NCBI GenBank assembly: GCA_017499595.2
Contig: CM039006.1
Coordinates: 1,860,001 to 1,924,000 of the forward strand
Reading direction: 5' to 3'
DNA length: 64,000 nucleotides
Source of the DNA: Psilocybe cubensis
Lineage: Eukaryota
The notes under the pieces are model-generated. The model saw nothing but the letters and a program-made list of their open reading frames with translations, ran no database searches and was not told the DNA's origin. This document shows positions 24,956-36,908 of this stretch, one piece after another (within the stretch, counting starts at the first letter, position 1; each line of letters begins with the position of its first letter). Both the position numbers and the translations under genes were made by a program.

Positions 24956-27058
24956 ACGAAGGGGCTTTCGAAGCTCAAGCCACGGTCGAAGAAGAAGGTA
25001 TTCGTTGGTTTTAATGAAGGCTCGAAATCTGTGCGTTATTACGATCCCAAATCGCGCACAGTGAAGTCATCGCGAAACGTATCGTTTAACGAAAACGAAA
25101 CGCCGCAGAACGTCGAAATTCCTGGATTATCGTCTGAGGGGGAGCGTAACAAATCGACAGACGTTAAATCCAGCGAAAACGAGCCAGAAACCGTCAAGAA
25201 CGAACCTATTTCGTCTACAGCATTGATTCCACAGCCCAGCATACGTCGATCAGCTCGTGAACACAATTTCATCGATTACAAGAAGGCAAACAACCCGAAT
25301 GCTCGTTTACCGACTACACGATCCCAAACGACTCCAAACGCACCACAAATCGCTACAAAATCGACCGAGACCTCGAGCGCAAAGTCTACAGCAACGGAGC
25401 AAGCAAACATTGTCAAAGAACAGCTGTGGGGCGCGATTTTAGACGATTCGGAACGTGTCTTCGCCATGCGCGAATCGGACGTACCTCGGACACTTGAAGA
25501 AGCTTTGGAAAGCTGTGAGGCAGCTGCGTGGAAGGCAGCTATGGACAAAGAAATCGAGACGCTTTTACGGATGGGTACTTGGGAGATGATGAAGATTCCG
25601 GATGGAAGGAAACTGGTTGGATGCCGTTGGGTCTACGCGAAGAAACAGGACAAAAACGGGAACGTCATCAAGTACAAGGCCCGACTAGTCGTTCAGGGAT
25701 GCTCTCAGAGACCTGGTACAGACTACAGCGAGGACGGAACATTTGCACCAGTCATGCGATTCAACACGCTACGCTCGCTACTCGCATATTCGGCCGTACA
25801 CAATCTCAAGATGCGTCAATTCGATATAAAGGGTGCATATTTGCACGGTTACATCTCGGAGGAGATTTATATGGTCCAACCACCCGGTTATGACGATGGC
25901 ACTGGTCAGGCATGCCGTCTCATTCGTTCGCTTTACGGTCTCAAGCAGGCAGGAAACGTATGGAACCATGAACTCGATAACGCTCTCACTTCATTCGGTT
26001 TTACGAAACTCAAGAGCGATTACTGCTGCTACATCCGTCGAGCTGAAAACGGCGATTTTACAATTTTAGTTACCTGGGTGGACGACATAATCAGTTTCTC
26101 AACGAACGACTCGCTCAACAACCAGCTGGAGCGTGAATTAGGCTCGAAATTCGACGTTAAATCGATGGGTCAGCCCTCGATGATGCTAGGATTCAAGCTT
26201 GAGCAAAAGGACCATTACATTTCGCTCTCGCAAGCACACTACATCGACAAACTCCTTGAGAAGTTTGGTTTACAAGACGCGAACCCCGTTTCGACGCCTA
26301 TGGACCCGAACGTGCAATTGGATAAGGATGAAGGTGTTCGGGAGGATGGAGACGGTCAGGAGGAGGTTAATTCGCGTTTAGGATTCAGTTATGCAACGGT
26401 CATCGGCTTGCTCATGTATCTGGCACTCGGAACTCGTCCAGACATCGCGTTTGCGGTATACAAACTCGCGCAATTCACCAGCAAGCCGAAATCGACTCAT
26501 TGGACCGCTGTCAAACGTATATTTCGCTATCTGAAGGGCACGCGCAATCACAAACTCACTTACGGCGGCGATTCGCAAGTTTTGGACGTAAATCTCAATG
26601 TTTATTGCGACGCCGATTGGGCTGAAAACTACGATCGGAAATCGACTAGCGGATATGTGGTTACTATAGCAGGCGGCGCTGTGGCATGGAGCTCGAAGAA
26701 ACAGAATACGGTTGCACTTTCAACCGCTGAAGCCAAATACGTTTCCACAACACATGCGGCGAAGCAAGTCTTATGGCACCGCTCACTCTTCACGGAGCTC
26801 GGTTTCCACATTCCATCGACGTCAACCATCTTTACCGACAATACGGCAGCCATTTCGATTGCGCATCATCCAGAATTCCATGCCTGTACGAAGCACATTG
26901 ACATTGCATTTCATTTCCTACGCGACTTGGTGGAGAAGAAGACGCTCGATACTGTTTACATCAACACTTCAAACAATTTGGCGGATATATTTACGAAGGC
27001 CTTACCTCGAGTTGCACACGACGGTTTCATTTTGCAGTTGGGAGTTTTGGCCGACTAA
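24956..27058 (+). CDS. Copia-1 polyprotein, 3' part (integrase C-terminus, RT, RNase H)
   Basis: KYKARLV, FDIKGAYLHG, SLYGLKQAG, WVDD, YCDADWA, TKHID, ADIFTK; in frame with 7241-9307 once KDZ-1 is removed. Confidence 0.95.
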   Translation, partial: TKGLSKLKPRSKKKVFVGFNEGSKSVRYYDPKSRTVKSSRNVSFNENETPQNVEIPGLSSEGERNKSTDVKSSENEPETVKNEPISSTALIPQPSIRRSAREHNFIDYKKANNPNARLPTTRSQTTPNAPQIATKSTETSSAKSTATEQANIVKEQLWGAILDDSERVFAMRESDVPRTLEEALESCEAAAWKAAMDKEIETLLRMGTWEMMKIPDGRKLVGCRWVYAKKQDKNGNVIKYKARLVVQGCSQRPGTDYSEDGTFAPVMRFNTLRSLLAYSAVHNLKMRQFDIKGAYLHGYISEEIYMVQPPGYDDGTGQACRLIRSLYGLKQAGNVWNHELDNALTSFGFTKLKSDYCCYIRRAENGDFTILVTWVDDIISFSTNDSLNNQLERELGSKFDVKSMGQPSMMLGFKLEQKDHYISLSQAHYIDKLLEKFGLQDANPVSTPMDPNVQLDKDEGVREDGDGQEEVNSRLGFSYATVIGLLMYLALGTRPDIAFAVYKLAQFTSKPKSTHWTAVKRIFRYLKGTRNHKLTYGGDSQVLDVNLNVYCDADWAENYDRKSTSGYVVTIAGGAVAWSSKKQNTVALSTAEAKYVSTTHAAKQVLWHRSLFTELGFHIPSTSTIFTDNTAAISIAHHPEFHACTKHIDIAFHFLRDLVEKKTLDTVYINTSNNLADIFTKALPRVAHDGFILQLGVLAD

Positions 27059-27065
27059 GGGGGAG
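27057..27065 (+). promoter_or_regulatory. Copia-1 polypurine tract
   Basis: AAGGGGGAG immediately before the 3' LTR. Confidence 0.85.
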
Positions 27066-27246
27066 TGTTGGAATGATAGTCGGCGAGCGACTTCGTCGCT
27101 AAGTCATTATCTTTCTATTGTAGTTTATCTTATCATATTTTTTCTAGATCATTCTACTACAGGTTCCGTAGCTACTGTAGGTACAGGTGTATAGTTACGT
27201 CGTGAATCGATATCTTTTACCACCACTGCGCATTATACTTACAACA
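27066..27246 (+). repeat. Copia-1 3' LTR
   Basis: Identical to 6965-7145. Confidence 0.97.
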
Positions 27247-28219
27247 AAATCCATCAGCAGTGTCTGTTACTCCAGTGAAGTTGCAAGGCGACCATGTAAC
27301 ATTGGGTATTTGTCCGTCCTGGTTCATGATGTTGATAGAACCCATTACTGTTTTTCCTCGCGGAAGTTTGCTGGGTTGAGTGGGGCCGTGGATCTCCAAA
27401 GACTCTTGAAGCCATGTCAATTCATCGCCCACTGAGATTGTCAACGACGAGATAGGAACTCCTTTAAAAACAGAGTTGTAAATGAACCCGGTTATGTTAC
27501 CGGTATCCAGGTCCTTCATTGTTTGTTGCAGCGTAATAACTCCAGTGAGTGACCGTCCGGGGGAAACTTGGGTGAGAGGGGTGTAAAACACATCTGAGCC
27601 TACAACGAACCAAGATGCGATAGCCCAGTAGTCGCCTCCACCAGCAGGTGTGGTACCGAATTGGAGCACAGGCTGAATAACGGATTGGAAGGTGTTGGGC
27701 TCGATGGAGTTGAACAGATAAAGAATTTGTCCATCAACAGTTTCTGGGATGGGTGGGACCTTCCAGGTAGTCGTGAAAGATGCAACGGGACTAGGGCCCG
27801 TGTTGTGCCAAGAAGGCGTCACAACGTAGCCCTCTTTAAATTGTGCTGAGCGACGAGCAGCGGGCGAGATATTATGACAACCAACTCCGTTGCTTGGGGT
27901 AAAGGTTGATGTATGGAGTGTTGTCCCATTTGAGGAAATTATGTGAATGACATCTTTATCGTGAGCGACCAGAGCGCCCTCCGGGACAGCGTGGACCTTG
28001 GATCTTAAGAAAAACCCGCCAGGTGTGCTGACAAGATCGTCAGAGAGCTCAAATACGCTCCTCTTAGCCTAGCGACAAACTGCTTAGTACTATAAACGTG
28101 GCATTAAATACACCACAACTTACACCCAAGCTATCGACCAGCGACTCAGCTGGTGCTGCTAGCACAGATGCCACTTGAAGAGCGACCATTGATAACGAAA
28201 TTAACCTGCTTGAAACCAT
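27247..28219 (-). pseudogene. Host secreted beta-rich protein (uncharacterised; possibly peptidase G1/ConA-like fold), C-terminally disrupted by Copia-1
   Basis: Signal peptide MVSSRLISLSMVALQVASVLAAP; intron 28069-28123; KR/RR pro-peptide-like sites; FTTTWKVPP, LYLFNSIEP, IQPVLQFG..PAGGGDYWAIASW. The fold assignment is tentative. Confidence 0.75.
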
Positions 28220-28833
28220 CTGTAGGAGATGTCTATCTCTTCATAATGCATGGAAATCATATCATGACACTAACCATTTGAGATAAAGTGATAAATGCTC
28301 AGGTGGTGAATATCTTGCGTGGTATCCTGTCCTTTAAATACTGTCTCTCGCTCTTATCCTAGCAGCCTTTATGGTCTTTCTATATGTGGATTTGAGTGAT
28401 TTTATTCAAACATATGCGTAAAACAGCCTATACAAGATGTTTCAGATTACGAATAGTGTGCATGTGTACTACAATTACTCTAGTTTCCCTGAATGAACAC
28501 ACCAAGAAGAGCTGTCACCGCTGAAGCATACTATTGTATCATATCTAAAAAAGGTAGCAGTGGGGCTTGTGAAGAGTGCGTGGTTCGGAAATCTTGCTAC
28601 TCCTCCTGAATCTCTTCAAGAAGTTTAAATATAGCAACCTGTCAACTGGATCTTTACGGTAGTCAAAATCACTTAATATGCAGAATTGTGTCGGTTCCAA
28701 ACTCTTCTTTACCGTGTTATATTTCTGAACGCGGATTTGGGGCTATAAATACTGGTAGAAAGTGCTTGTATAAATTTCCGCTGTGAATGGATATTATAGA
28801 GTGTTTGTAAGCTCCATCGGCAAAAGTGACCAA

Positions 28834-28866
28834 GTCCCCAAATGCCTTAGTAAGGCATTTGGGGAC
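28834..28866. repeat. Palindrome with 16-bp arms and a 1-nt spacer
   Basis: GTCCCCAAATGCCTTA-G-TAAGGCATTTGGGGAC. Confidence 0.9.
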
Positions 28867-29103
28867 GCCCAAAGGCCCCAAGGCGCAAATGGCCTTTTAT
28901 ATCGACTAAGTAGAGACTCGCAATTTTGAAAGGCTACAAATCCTTCACTAGAATGAATGTTTTATCAAAATCTAAATTTAATGAAATCATTTCGGTAAAA
29001 TTTGGGAGACCCAAAAACATTTGGACAACATTTGAGTTGCGTTTGAGAGACCCAAAAAAGATTTGAGGTTCACACAATGCTACAGCTTGTTTATTCTTAT
29101 TTA

Positions 29104-29360
29104 TGTTAGACTCCTCATGACCTACCCTTAGACACGTGACTCACTAGTATACATTTGGTTTCTTTCCTTTCTCTCCCTTTCCTCAGTCGTTCATCCAAGA
29201 TGTTCACTGAGGTGAGATTTAACCTACTTATGACCTACCAGCTACTTACATAGAACCTATGTAGCTTCGTGTCATTGCATAGGTACCAATCCCATAGTCG
29301 TTCATCCAAGATGTTCACTGAGCTTCGTGTCATTGCATAGGTCTGACAGGTTATGAGCCC
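29104..29360 (+). mobile_element. Second Copia-type element: 5' LTR (29104-29348) and PBS GGTTATGAGCCC (29349-29360)
   Basis: TGTTAGAC...GTCTGACA termini followed by the same PBS as Copia-1. The internal region is interrupted by KDZ-2 and probably Gypsy-A; no partner LTR in the window. Confidence 0.8.
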
Positions 29361-29616
29361 CGCCTAGGCGGATTTTTCAGAAACCGAGCATAGGCACACC
29401 TCTAGACTTCTTAACGACCCAATTTTTTCATATCGCTATGTCTGGAGAGTCAATGGAGATTACGGATCCAGTGGATTCCCGGATATATGTGCCCCTTGAT
29501 TTTCCCACTTCTGATTCTCAGCCTTCTATACATTCATTGCATTCAAACTTTTTGCGTTTAACCCGTTCTTCCAATCAGGATTCTCTTTTGCAGTATTATA
29601 GATTACCCATTTCTTC

Positions 29617-29934
29617 CACATAAGACAGTTTATTTATAACGTACATTACCTAAGATTTAATAATAAGGATATTACGTGACATACGGTGGATTTACTCCCG
29701 CTACCTAATTAGGAGATTAGCGTGATGTACGTGTGATTTAGCCTGGCAAATCATAGCGTACATGACGTGCCATTTAGCGCTAAATGGAGCCGCCGGGTGG
29801 CCTGCGGGATCCGCGCGTCTACCTACACGGAAGAAACACGGGCCGGAAATGAGCCGGACGGGTCCATTTGCATCCCGTGTATTGCAAGCAGACGGATCCG
29901 CTTGACCCGTGTTGTGCTGTCAGACGGACCCATT
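29617..29934 (+). repeat. KDZ-2 left TIR
   Basis: Reverse complement of 24631-24948. Confidence 0.95.
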
Positions 29935-30012
29935 TGACCCGTATCTTCCCAGAGAGGGAGGGATATTTGAGAGGTATTGCGAATCAATGAGCACAAGGGC
30001 TCCAAAAATAAT

Positions 30013-31442
30013 TTATTCATCTCTACCGGTATACAAATGCTTTTCCAAACTCGATTCAATCCCTGCCAGCCCAGCGTCAATTTCCTCCAGCGCATTATAA
30101 GTCAGAATTTCTGACTGCAGCTGATGCAGGCGGAGGTTCTTAAACGTTGTGACCTTGCTGTCATAACTATTGTCGCCGACGGAACTGTCGATTATTTGGT
30201 CGTATGTTGCCCGTAGCTGCTGCTCGGTATAATTCTAAAATAGTTGTCAGTATCTAGTGCTTGGTAATATCTGAGTGCATACATATAGAAAAGGAGGGTT
30301 AAAATATGCCGTCTGATCTGTCACATCCTCGAACTCAATGTCAGACTGGGTGGGAGGCGAACCGGGGTAGCCGCCCATGGGATCAAACCTGCCGTAGGTT
30401 CGAAAATAAGGGTTTTGAAGGAGCAGGTGGCATGCTTCAGGGGGTGGAGAATAGCGACCTTGCTTCCTCTCAGAGGAAATAGCTGGACGAGAGTCCATAA
30501 TGATTTTGTCGACGACAGACGTGTATGAAACATGTGCTGCCATCAACGGCGGAGCCACATCATCCCGGATGACAGGCATAGGTGGAGGATCCAGGGTATC
30601 TGGAATAACAGGCATAGGGGGAGGAGCCAGGGTAGGTGGAATGACAGGCATAGGGGGAGGAGCTAGGTTATCTGGAATGATTGGCATTGGCGGCGGAGCC
30701 GTGTCGTTCCGGATGACAGGCATTGGCGGCGGAGCCGTGTCGTTCCGGATGACAGGCATTGGCGGCGGAGCCGTGTCGTTCCGGATGACAGGCATTGGCG
30801 GCGGAGCCGTGTCGTTCCGGATGACTGGCATAGGGGGTGGAGCCAGGTTAGCTGGAATGACAGGCATAGGGGGTGGAGCCAGGTTAGCTGGAATGACAGG
30901 CATAGGGGGTGGAGCCAGGTTAGCTGGAATGACAGGCATAGGGGGTGGAGCCAGGTTAGCTGGAATTACTGGCATTGGCGGCGGAGCCAGGTTAGCTGGA
31001 ATGACAGGCATAGGGGGTGGAGCCAGGTTAGCTGGAATTACTGGCATTGGCGGCGGAGCCAGGTCTTTCCGGATGACTGGCATAGGGGGCGGAGCCAGGT
31101 TAGATGAAATGACTGGCATAGGGGGAGGAGCCAGGTTATCTGGAATAACAGGCATAGGGGGTGGAGCCAGGTTATCTGGAATGACTGGCATTGGCGGCGG
31201 AGCCAGGTCATCCGTCCTTGCTGTGCGTTTGCTTTCCTTAGAGTTGCTAATATTTGAAGACATTGCTGATGCTCAGAAATCAATTAAAATTTACTTGAAT
31301 TAATGCCATTAGTCTTACATTTTATAGGTTTTACGGGAGGAGGTTCCTTCAGTTTTTCAAGAAGCCTGGTAAGATTGTTGAGACTGGTGTAGTCAATGGG
31401 GGAATTTTTGCTAGAGGTGGGAATAAAGTTGTAGGAGGACAT
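30013..31442 (-). CDS. KDZ-2 proline-repeat protein
   Basis: Mirror of 23195-24552, with 18 repeat units. Confidence 0.7.
30559..31206 (-). repeat. Coding minisatellite, 18 x 36 bp
   Basis: 648 bp; includes PDN, SSN and RKD variant units. Confidence 0.95.
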
Positions 31443-31748
31443 ACAGTCCAGAAAGTGCAACTGGGTGGGCTTGTTTATATATCTCACGGAATACAATACT
31501 ATCCGAGGATTCTCCATGACACGGAAATAGATTCACCCGTGTATCGAACTTAGCAACTTTTGCACAAACTGGATCTGGTGAAGAAATCACATGACTCAGA
31601 TTGTACATGTTTGTGTATGGTTTTGTTTTGCGGGACCGCTTTTTTTTAGACTTTTTTTAGACTAACTCCAACCACGATCACCACCCTCACGTTCTACCGT
31701 GCCTCACCACTTTAACGCGTCTTCCCCCATAAAAACACGCTTTTTTCA

Positions 31749-34319
31749 ATGGCCGCTTCATCTTCCACCACCGCCACCTTCGCCCAACGCCTCGCTGACT
31801 GGGAAAAAAAGTTTACCGAGTGCTACCGCAACGGTGAAAGCGCGTTCAACGCTGAGTTGGAGCAGCTTTACAGGGACTTGGTAAGTTCTCAATTTTATAA
31901 GATCATGACTTGCTCAACAAAAAAAAAAAAATTCCAATAGGTTCCATTGTGTCAGGAGCATGTCAGGGACGCCGCCCGCTTCCGGCTCATTGACTATGTT
32001 GCGAGCCCCGTTGTCTACTCGTACAAAGTCATCCAGGGCAAGGACGGCGAGAACATCTACAGGTTTGAGGTCGACTGGGCGACGCTCAAACATCAAGTCG
32101 CCAACTTCAAGGCCTACCAGGAAGGCCAGGAGGCACAGAGGAAGAGGAGGGAGGAGGAGGAGCAAGAGAAGAGGAGGGAGAAGGAGGAGCAAGAGGAGGA
32201 GGAGAGGCAGAGGGTGGAGGAGAGGAGGAAGAGGGAGGTGAGGAGGAAGAGGGAGGAGAAGAAGAAGAGGGAGGAGGAAGAGGAGAGGCAGAGGGAGGAG
32301 GAGGAGGAGAGGCAGAGGGAGGAGGAGAGGAGGAAGAGGGAGGAAGAGAAGCAGAAGGTGGAGGAGAGGAGAAAGGATGAGAGGAGGAAGAGGGAGCAGG
32401 AGAGGAGGACCAGGGAGCAGGAGAGGCAGAAGGCGGAGGAGAGGAGGAAGAGGGAGCAGGAGCAGGAGCAGGAGCAGGAGACAGACGAGGAGAGGAACAA
32501 GGAGGAGACGGAGAAGAGACGGGCCGAGAAGGGCAAGGGCAAGGCAGTCGAACCCCCGGTGGAAGACGGACCCGTGACAGACGCCCACAAAGACAAGGGC
32601 AAACGGAAAGCGGCGGACCCCGTGGAGTCCATTCAGTTGGCTCCAGCGGATTACAGGGGCCCACGGACAAAGAAGGGGGAAATTATTCCCCACATTACCG
32701 CCTCCAACATGCCCGGTCACCCAGCGTACAGGGAGAAGCTGGAAAGATTGGCGAAGTCCAAGCAGGGGAAATTCAGGAGCAAGGCGATCATAGGAAGCCA
32801 CACGGACGAAGACGCGGACGCGGACGTCGACGAGGACGACGAAGGCGATAACAAAGGGGCACCGCCTACCACCCCCACTGCCACCCCCACCCGGAAGATG
32901 CGCACGCGTTCCGTAAAGAAGGACACCGAGGACGATGTCCCCCCCATCAGGAAGGCGCGGTCGAGATCCCAGAAAGTGCGCCAGGTGCCAGAGGGGATGG
33001 TGGACATGGTGGAAAGGTGCACGGCATGCATCAAATTCAAGGTGCCATGCTATGTCAAGGGGGAGACAGGCACTGAGCCTCTCGTCCCCGTGAAGCACCA
33101 ATCTTGCGAGTCTTGCAAGTCTCGCAAGATCCACTGCAGCTTCTACCCGGGGCGCAACACCTTCGTGGGTCAATTTTTGACGACGCCACTGGGAAGCTAT
33201 GGGGAGGCGTTGAAGTTGGAGGAGGGAGAAGATGTTCCGGCGAAGGGGAAGGCCGGGGAAGGGTCGTTCCCCGAGGATGTGGGAGAACTGCTTGTGCAGC
33301 TCTTTGAGCGCCAAGGCAGAATCATGGAACGGCTGGACGGGTTATCCGCGTCCATGACGGCGATTAATGCACGGATTGCGACGTTTGCCGAGACGAACTT
33401 GGCGGTGGAGAACAGGATGAAGAGCATCGAGGACGGCATCCAAGAGGTGAAGGCCGAATGGACCATGGCCAAAGAACAAGTGGCAGGAAGCACCTCGCTT
33501 TCCGTCACGATGTTCAACGACATCACCAAGAGGATCAACCACGTCCGAGATGTGGTCGACGATTTGCTGGAGCAGGATGAACGAAGGAATCCCGCCCCCA
33601 AACAGGCAGCAGGACCCTCCAAGACGGAGGTCGAACAAGAATCGGGTCCGTCGCGGACCCGTGAACCCACCTCTGTGCCACAATCCCCAAGCGCACCACC
33701 ACCGCCAGCACCCCTCCCTTCCCCACCTCCACCTCCAGCAGCACCCATTCTCCCTTCCCCTCCTCCACCACCGCCAGCACCTGTCCTCCCTTCCCCTCCC
33801 CCACCTCCACCCGCACCCGTCCTCCCTGCCGTGTCTGCGCCACCAACAGCGCTATTCTTGCCCGGTTCGACTCCGGAAGCGCCTTTGCCCCCCCCAGCTG
33901 GCCGACCCTCGCTCCCACCGGTACCGCCCATCCTTTCCCTGTCTCCACCACCCCCTCTCCCAGCTCCACGTCCTCGAAGTTTGACGTCAAAGGCCGCACC
34001 GTTGTCAAAGGGTGCACCATCGTCAAAGGCCGCGCCATCGTCAAAGGCCGGCCCATCCTCAAAGGCTAAGCCATTGTCAAAGGCTAAGCCATCCTCCAAG
34101 GCTGGGCCATCCGGGAATGGACACTCATCGGAGTTGTCTGATCCCTCGGACAGCGACGAGGTTGAAATTGTGGAGGAGGAGGATGTTGAGATCGTGGCGT
34201 CCACGCTGCCCGCGTCGAACATAGCCACAAAGACAAGGGCTGGACGAAAGCGAAAGGCGGAAACGACTCTGGCTGAAGCATCGCGCTCGCCCAAAAAATC
34301 CAAGGCCCAAAAAAAGTAG
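31749..34319 (+). CDS. KDZ-2 Zn(II)2Cys6 / charged coiled-coil / Pro-rich protein (~836 aa), intact
   Basis: Exons 31749-31880 and 31941-34319; ERK-rich helix; CTACIKFKVPC...CESCKSRKIHC; coiled coil; C-terminal RKRK/PKKSK NLS-like motifs. Confidence 0.85.
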
Positions 34320-34597
34320 TGTATTTCAATTCTTTGTAACTTTTTTTTGGTCTCCTTTTTTGCCTGTCATATATTACATTGCTCACATCCCTATACAATT
34401 TTTTCATCATTTGGACTGTATATAGTTTTTACTCTCATGTGCTCATCTGTTTTATACCTCTCCCAAAAAGTAGCACTTGATGATTTTTAATGAACCCCGC
34501 TTTCTGTTTTGATTTTGTGTGAAAACATGTTTGAGAAACATCAAGATAAGAATAAAAAGCATCACATTCAATAGGTATCATGAATCTACTTCAACAG

Positions 34598-36908
34598 CTA
34601 GGCTTTCAAAGTTTTTTTTCTTTGTCTTTTACCTGCTACAGCAAGCAGACTTGCTTCCTGAAGTGCTAAGGCATCCGAAGTCAAATTCCTGCGGGCCCGT
34701 GTTTCATCCGTATCTGGACTTGTTACTGTCTCCACAAAGGCATCACAAGTCACGTCCCTGCCGGCCCGTGTATTATCCGTGTCTTGGGTTGTTCCTGTTT
34801 GGACTCCATCTTCTTCCACTGTGTTAAGTGGATCTGAGTAGGGCTTTGTTCTTTTCCTAGGTTGAATCCTTCTAGTTGGTTTTGGCTTAACTGGGGGGGG
34901 TACAGAACTCTCTTCATCGGGTCCGTCCATTTCCGCCGTTCCGACATATGGCTTTGTTCTTTTTCTTGGCATAATCTTTCTAGCTGGCTTGGGAGGCGCC
35001 TCCTCAACCTCTGGAGTTGGGCTGGATGATGGATTGACAATTGTTGGGCTGGATCTACTTGGTAGAGAGGGTGGCTCGCTAGATCTTGAAGGTGCGTCGG
35101 TAGGAGTCTCATCCGTCTCTGGCGTGACTTCAAATCTGGCAGTAGTGCGTGGCATCGCGGATGCCGGACTACCCCGTCCATTATCAAACTCTGACAGATT
35201 GGATGATTCAGAGTCGCTTGAAGATTGGGTTTGAAGTCGTATAGCTTTTTGCCTCAGCCGACGTTTGGTTATGGCTGCAGGAGGTGGAGGTATCGGGTGG
35301 GCTTCTAGGCCGTCAAACAAGTTGGACGGATAGAGAGGTTCCATAATGTCATAGCCATTTCCAAAAACCTTTGAGAATTTAAAGGGGATGTCTCCTTGCG
35401 CTTGACGGTCCCTCCATAGCTTGAGAATTGCAGAAGTTGACTCCAGGCGGAGCCGGCTCGGATCCGTCACGGGGATTGAACTTGGCCAATACTCTGGATC
35501 AATCATTTCTGCAGAACGCCTTTCAAGAGCATCCCAAGGAACACTTGAACCAGGCCTATCCTTGGCTAAAGCTGTATACATAGTTAGCAAGTTTGTTGAG
35601 GACATAGACAAATTACACACCATAAACCTTGTTCATGTAAATTCTAATAATTGACTTTTGCGCATAAGCGACTTCTCTCCCAGTTGAGCCATAGATAGGA
35701 CTAGGTACTATTGGAAATCCATTGCTGCTAAACTTGAGGGATTTTTCATGAAACGATGCATCTGGCAGTGCTGGATTGGCCACACCCTTCTCTATTTCTG
35801 AAATGTGGACGAGGTATTGAACAAACGCTCTGCGAAAAGCGGCCAACTCGGATAGAAAGAGTTGCCCAAAAGAAGGAATTCTGACATCGTCGAGTGCTAG
35901 ATCGCTTGTCTGGGTCCTTCAATGCCCATCAGTCAACATTAATACGGGCCAAATTATTCCGCCGTGAATGCTTACGGCGGAAACTTTATCCGCCGTAAAC
36001 ACCCTACGGCGGATAAAGTTTCCGCCGTAAGCATTCACGGCGGAACTTGTTCATGCCGTGTTTAACACTTACATTGAGTATTCGATTTTACCCTCAATAT
36101 CATAATGCCCCTCAAAGGTAATGGACCTCATACCCATTCTCTGCCACTTAAGTTTCTCCATTTGTCGAAGTATTTTTCTGCCTTGCCTGGCAGCAGTCCT
36201 GCAGATGTCAGATTGACGGCGGAAACAAGTTCCACCGACTCACTTTGCCTTCATTGATTTTGAAACACCTTTCTTATTCCATTCCTCGAGGATCTCCATG
36301 AACCTGTCCCGCTCCTCCTGAGTCAATCTGGCCTCAACCTGCTTACGTCCTTGTTGATAAAACTTCATCCAATCTTTACTTCCACGAGCAGCATTCCCTG
36401 ATAGAAGCGCAACCTCGGAGTCAATCTCTGCCGACTTCTCCTCACGGAATACCGTCTGAAAGGTTATACGGGAGTTCAATCCTTCCAATTTTACACCAAT
36501 TCGATTTGACGCATGGTTTCTAAACCAATTAAAAATTCGCTATTGTGATGGTTTATGTGTGTAACAAAATTTTCAAAGAAACAACGAGCTCACATGCTTC
36601 TTCACCTTCCATTCTTTGTGTAGTTGCTTATCTTCCTTCCTAGCACGTCTAGAGTATCTGTGATCCCATGTAGCTTGCAGCTCAGGTATGACAGTGTTCT
36701 GTATGTAGTCTGCTTTGGATGACTTTGATGTATCTTTGTAGGGCTGTACATGCTTTTTCAACACGCGCATTTCCTTTGTGGTCCATATATTTGATTCTTC
36801 CGGCGGAAAGTCACCCTCCGCCGTCTGTCCGCTTCTGGGTCCGTTGTGGGTTGTGGCATTTGCGGTGGAAGGAAGCGGATCCGCGTCGGGGGATGCATTG
36901 GTGGGCAT
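34598..36908 (-). CDS. KDZ-2 homeodomain-like/HMG-like protein
   Basis: Mirror of 17729-20039; intronic hairpin at 35957-36045. Confidence 0.65.

Larger units (their letters stand above)
6965..27246 (+). mobile_element. Ty1/Copia LTR retrotransposon (Copia-1), interrupted by KDZ-1
   Basis: Identical TG...CA 181-bp LTRs; 5-bp TSD AAATC (6960-6964 and 27247-27251); domain order gag-PR-IN-RT-RH. Confidence 0.97.

Noticed and set aside
29438-29616. ORF after the Copia-2 PBS as gag
   Set aside because: Rejoined across KDZ-2 it stops after ~80 codons and shows no gag motif.
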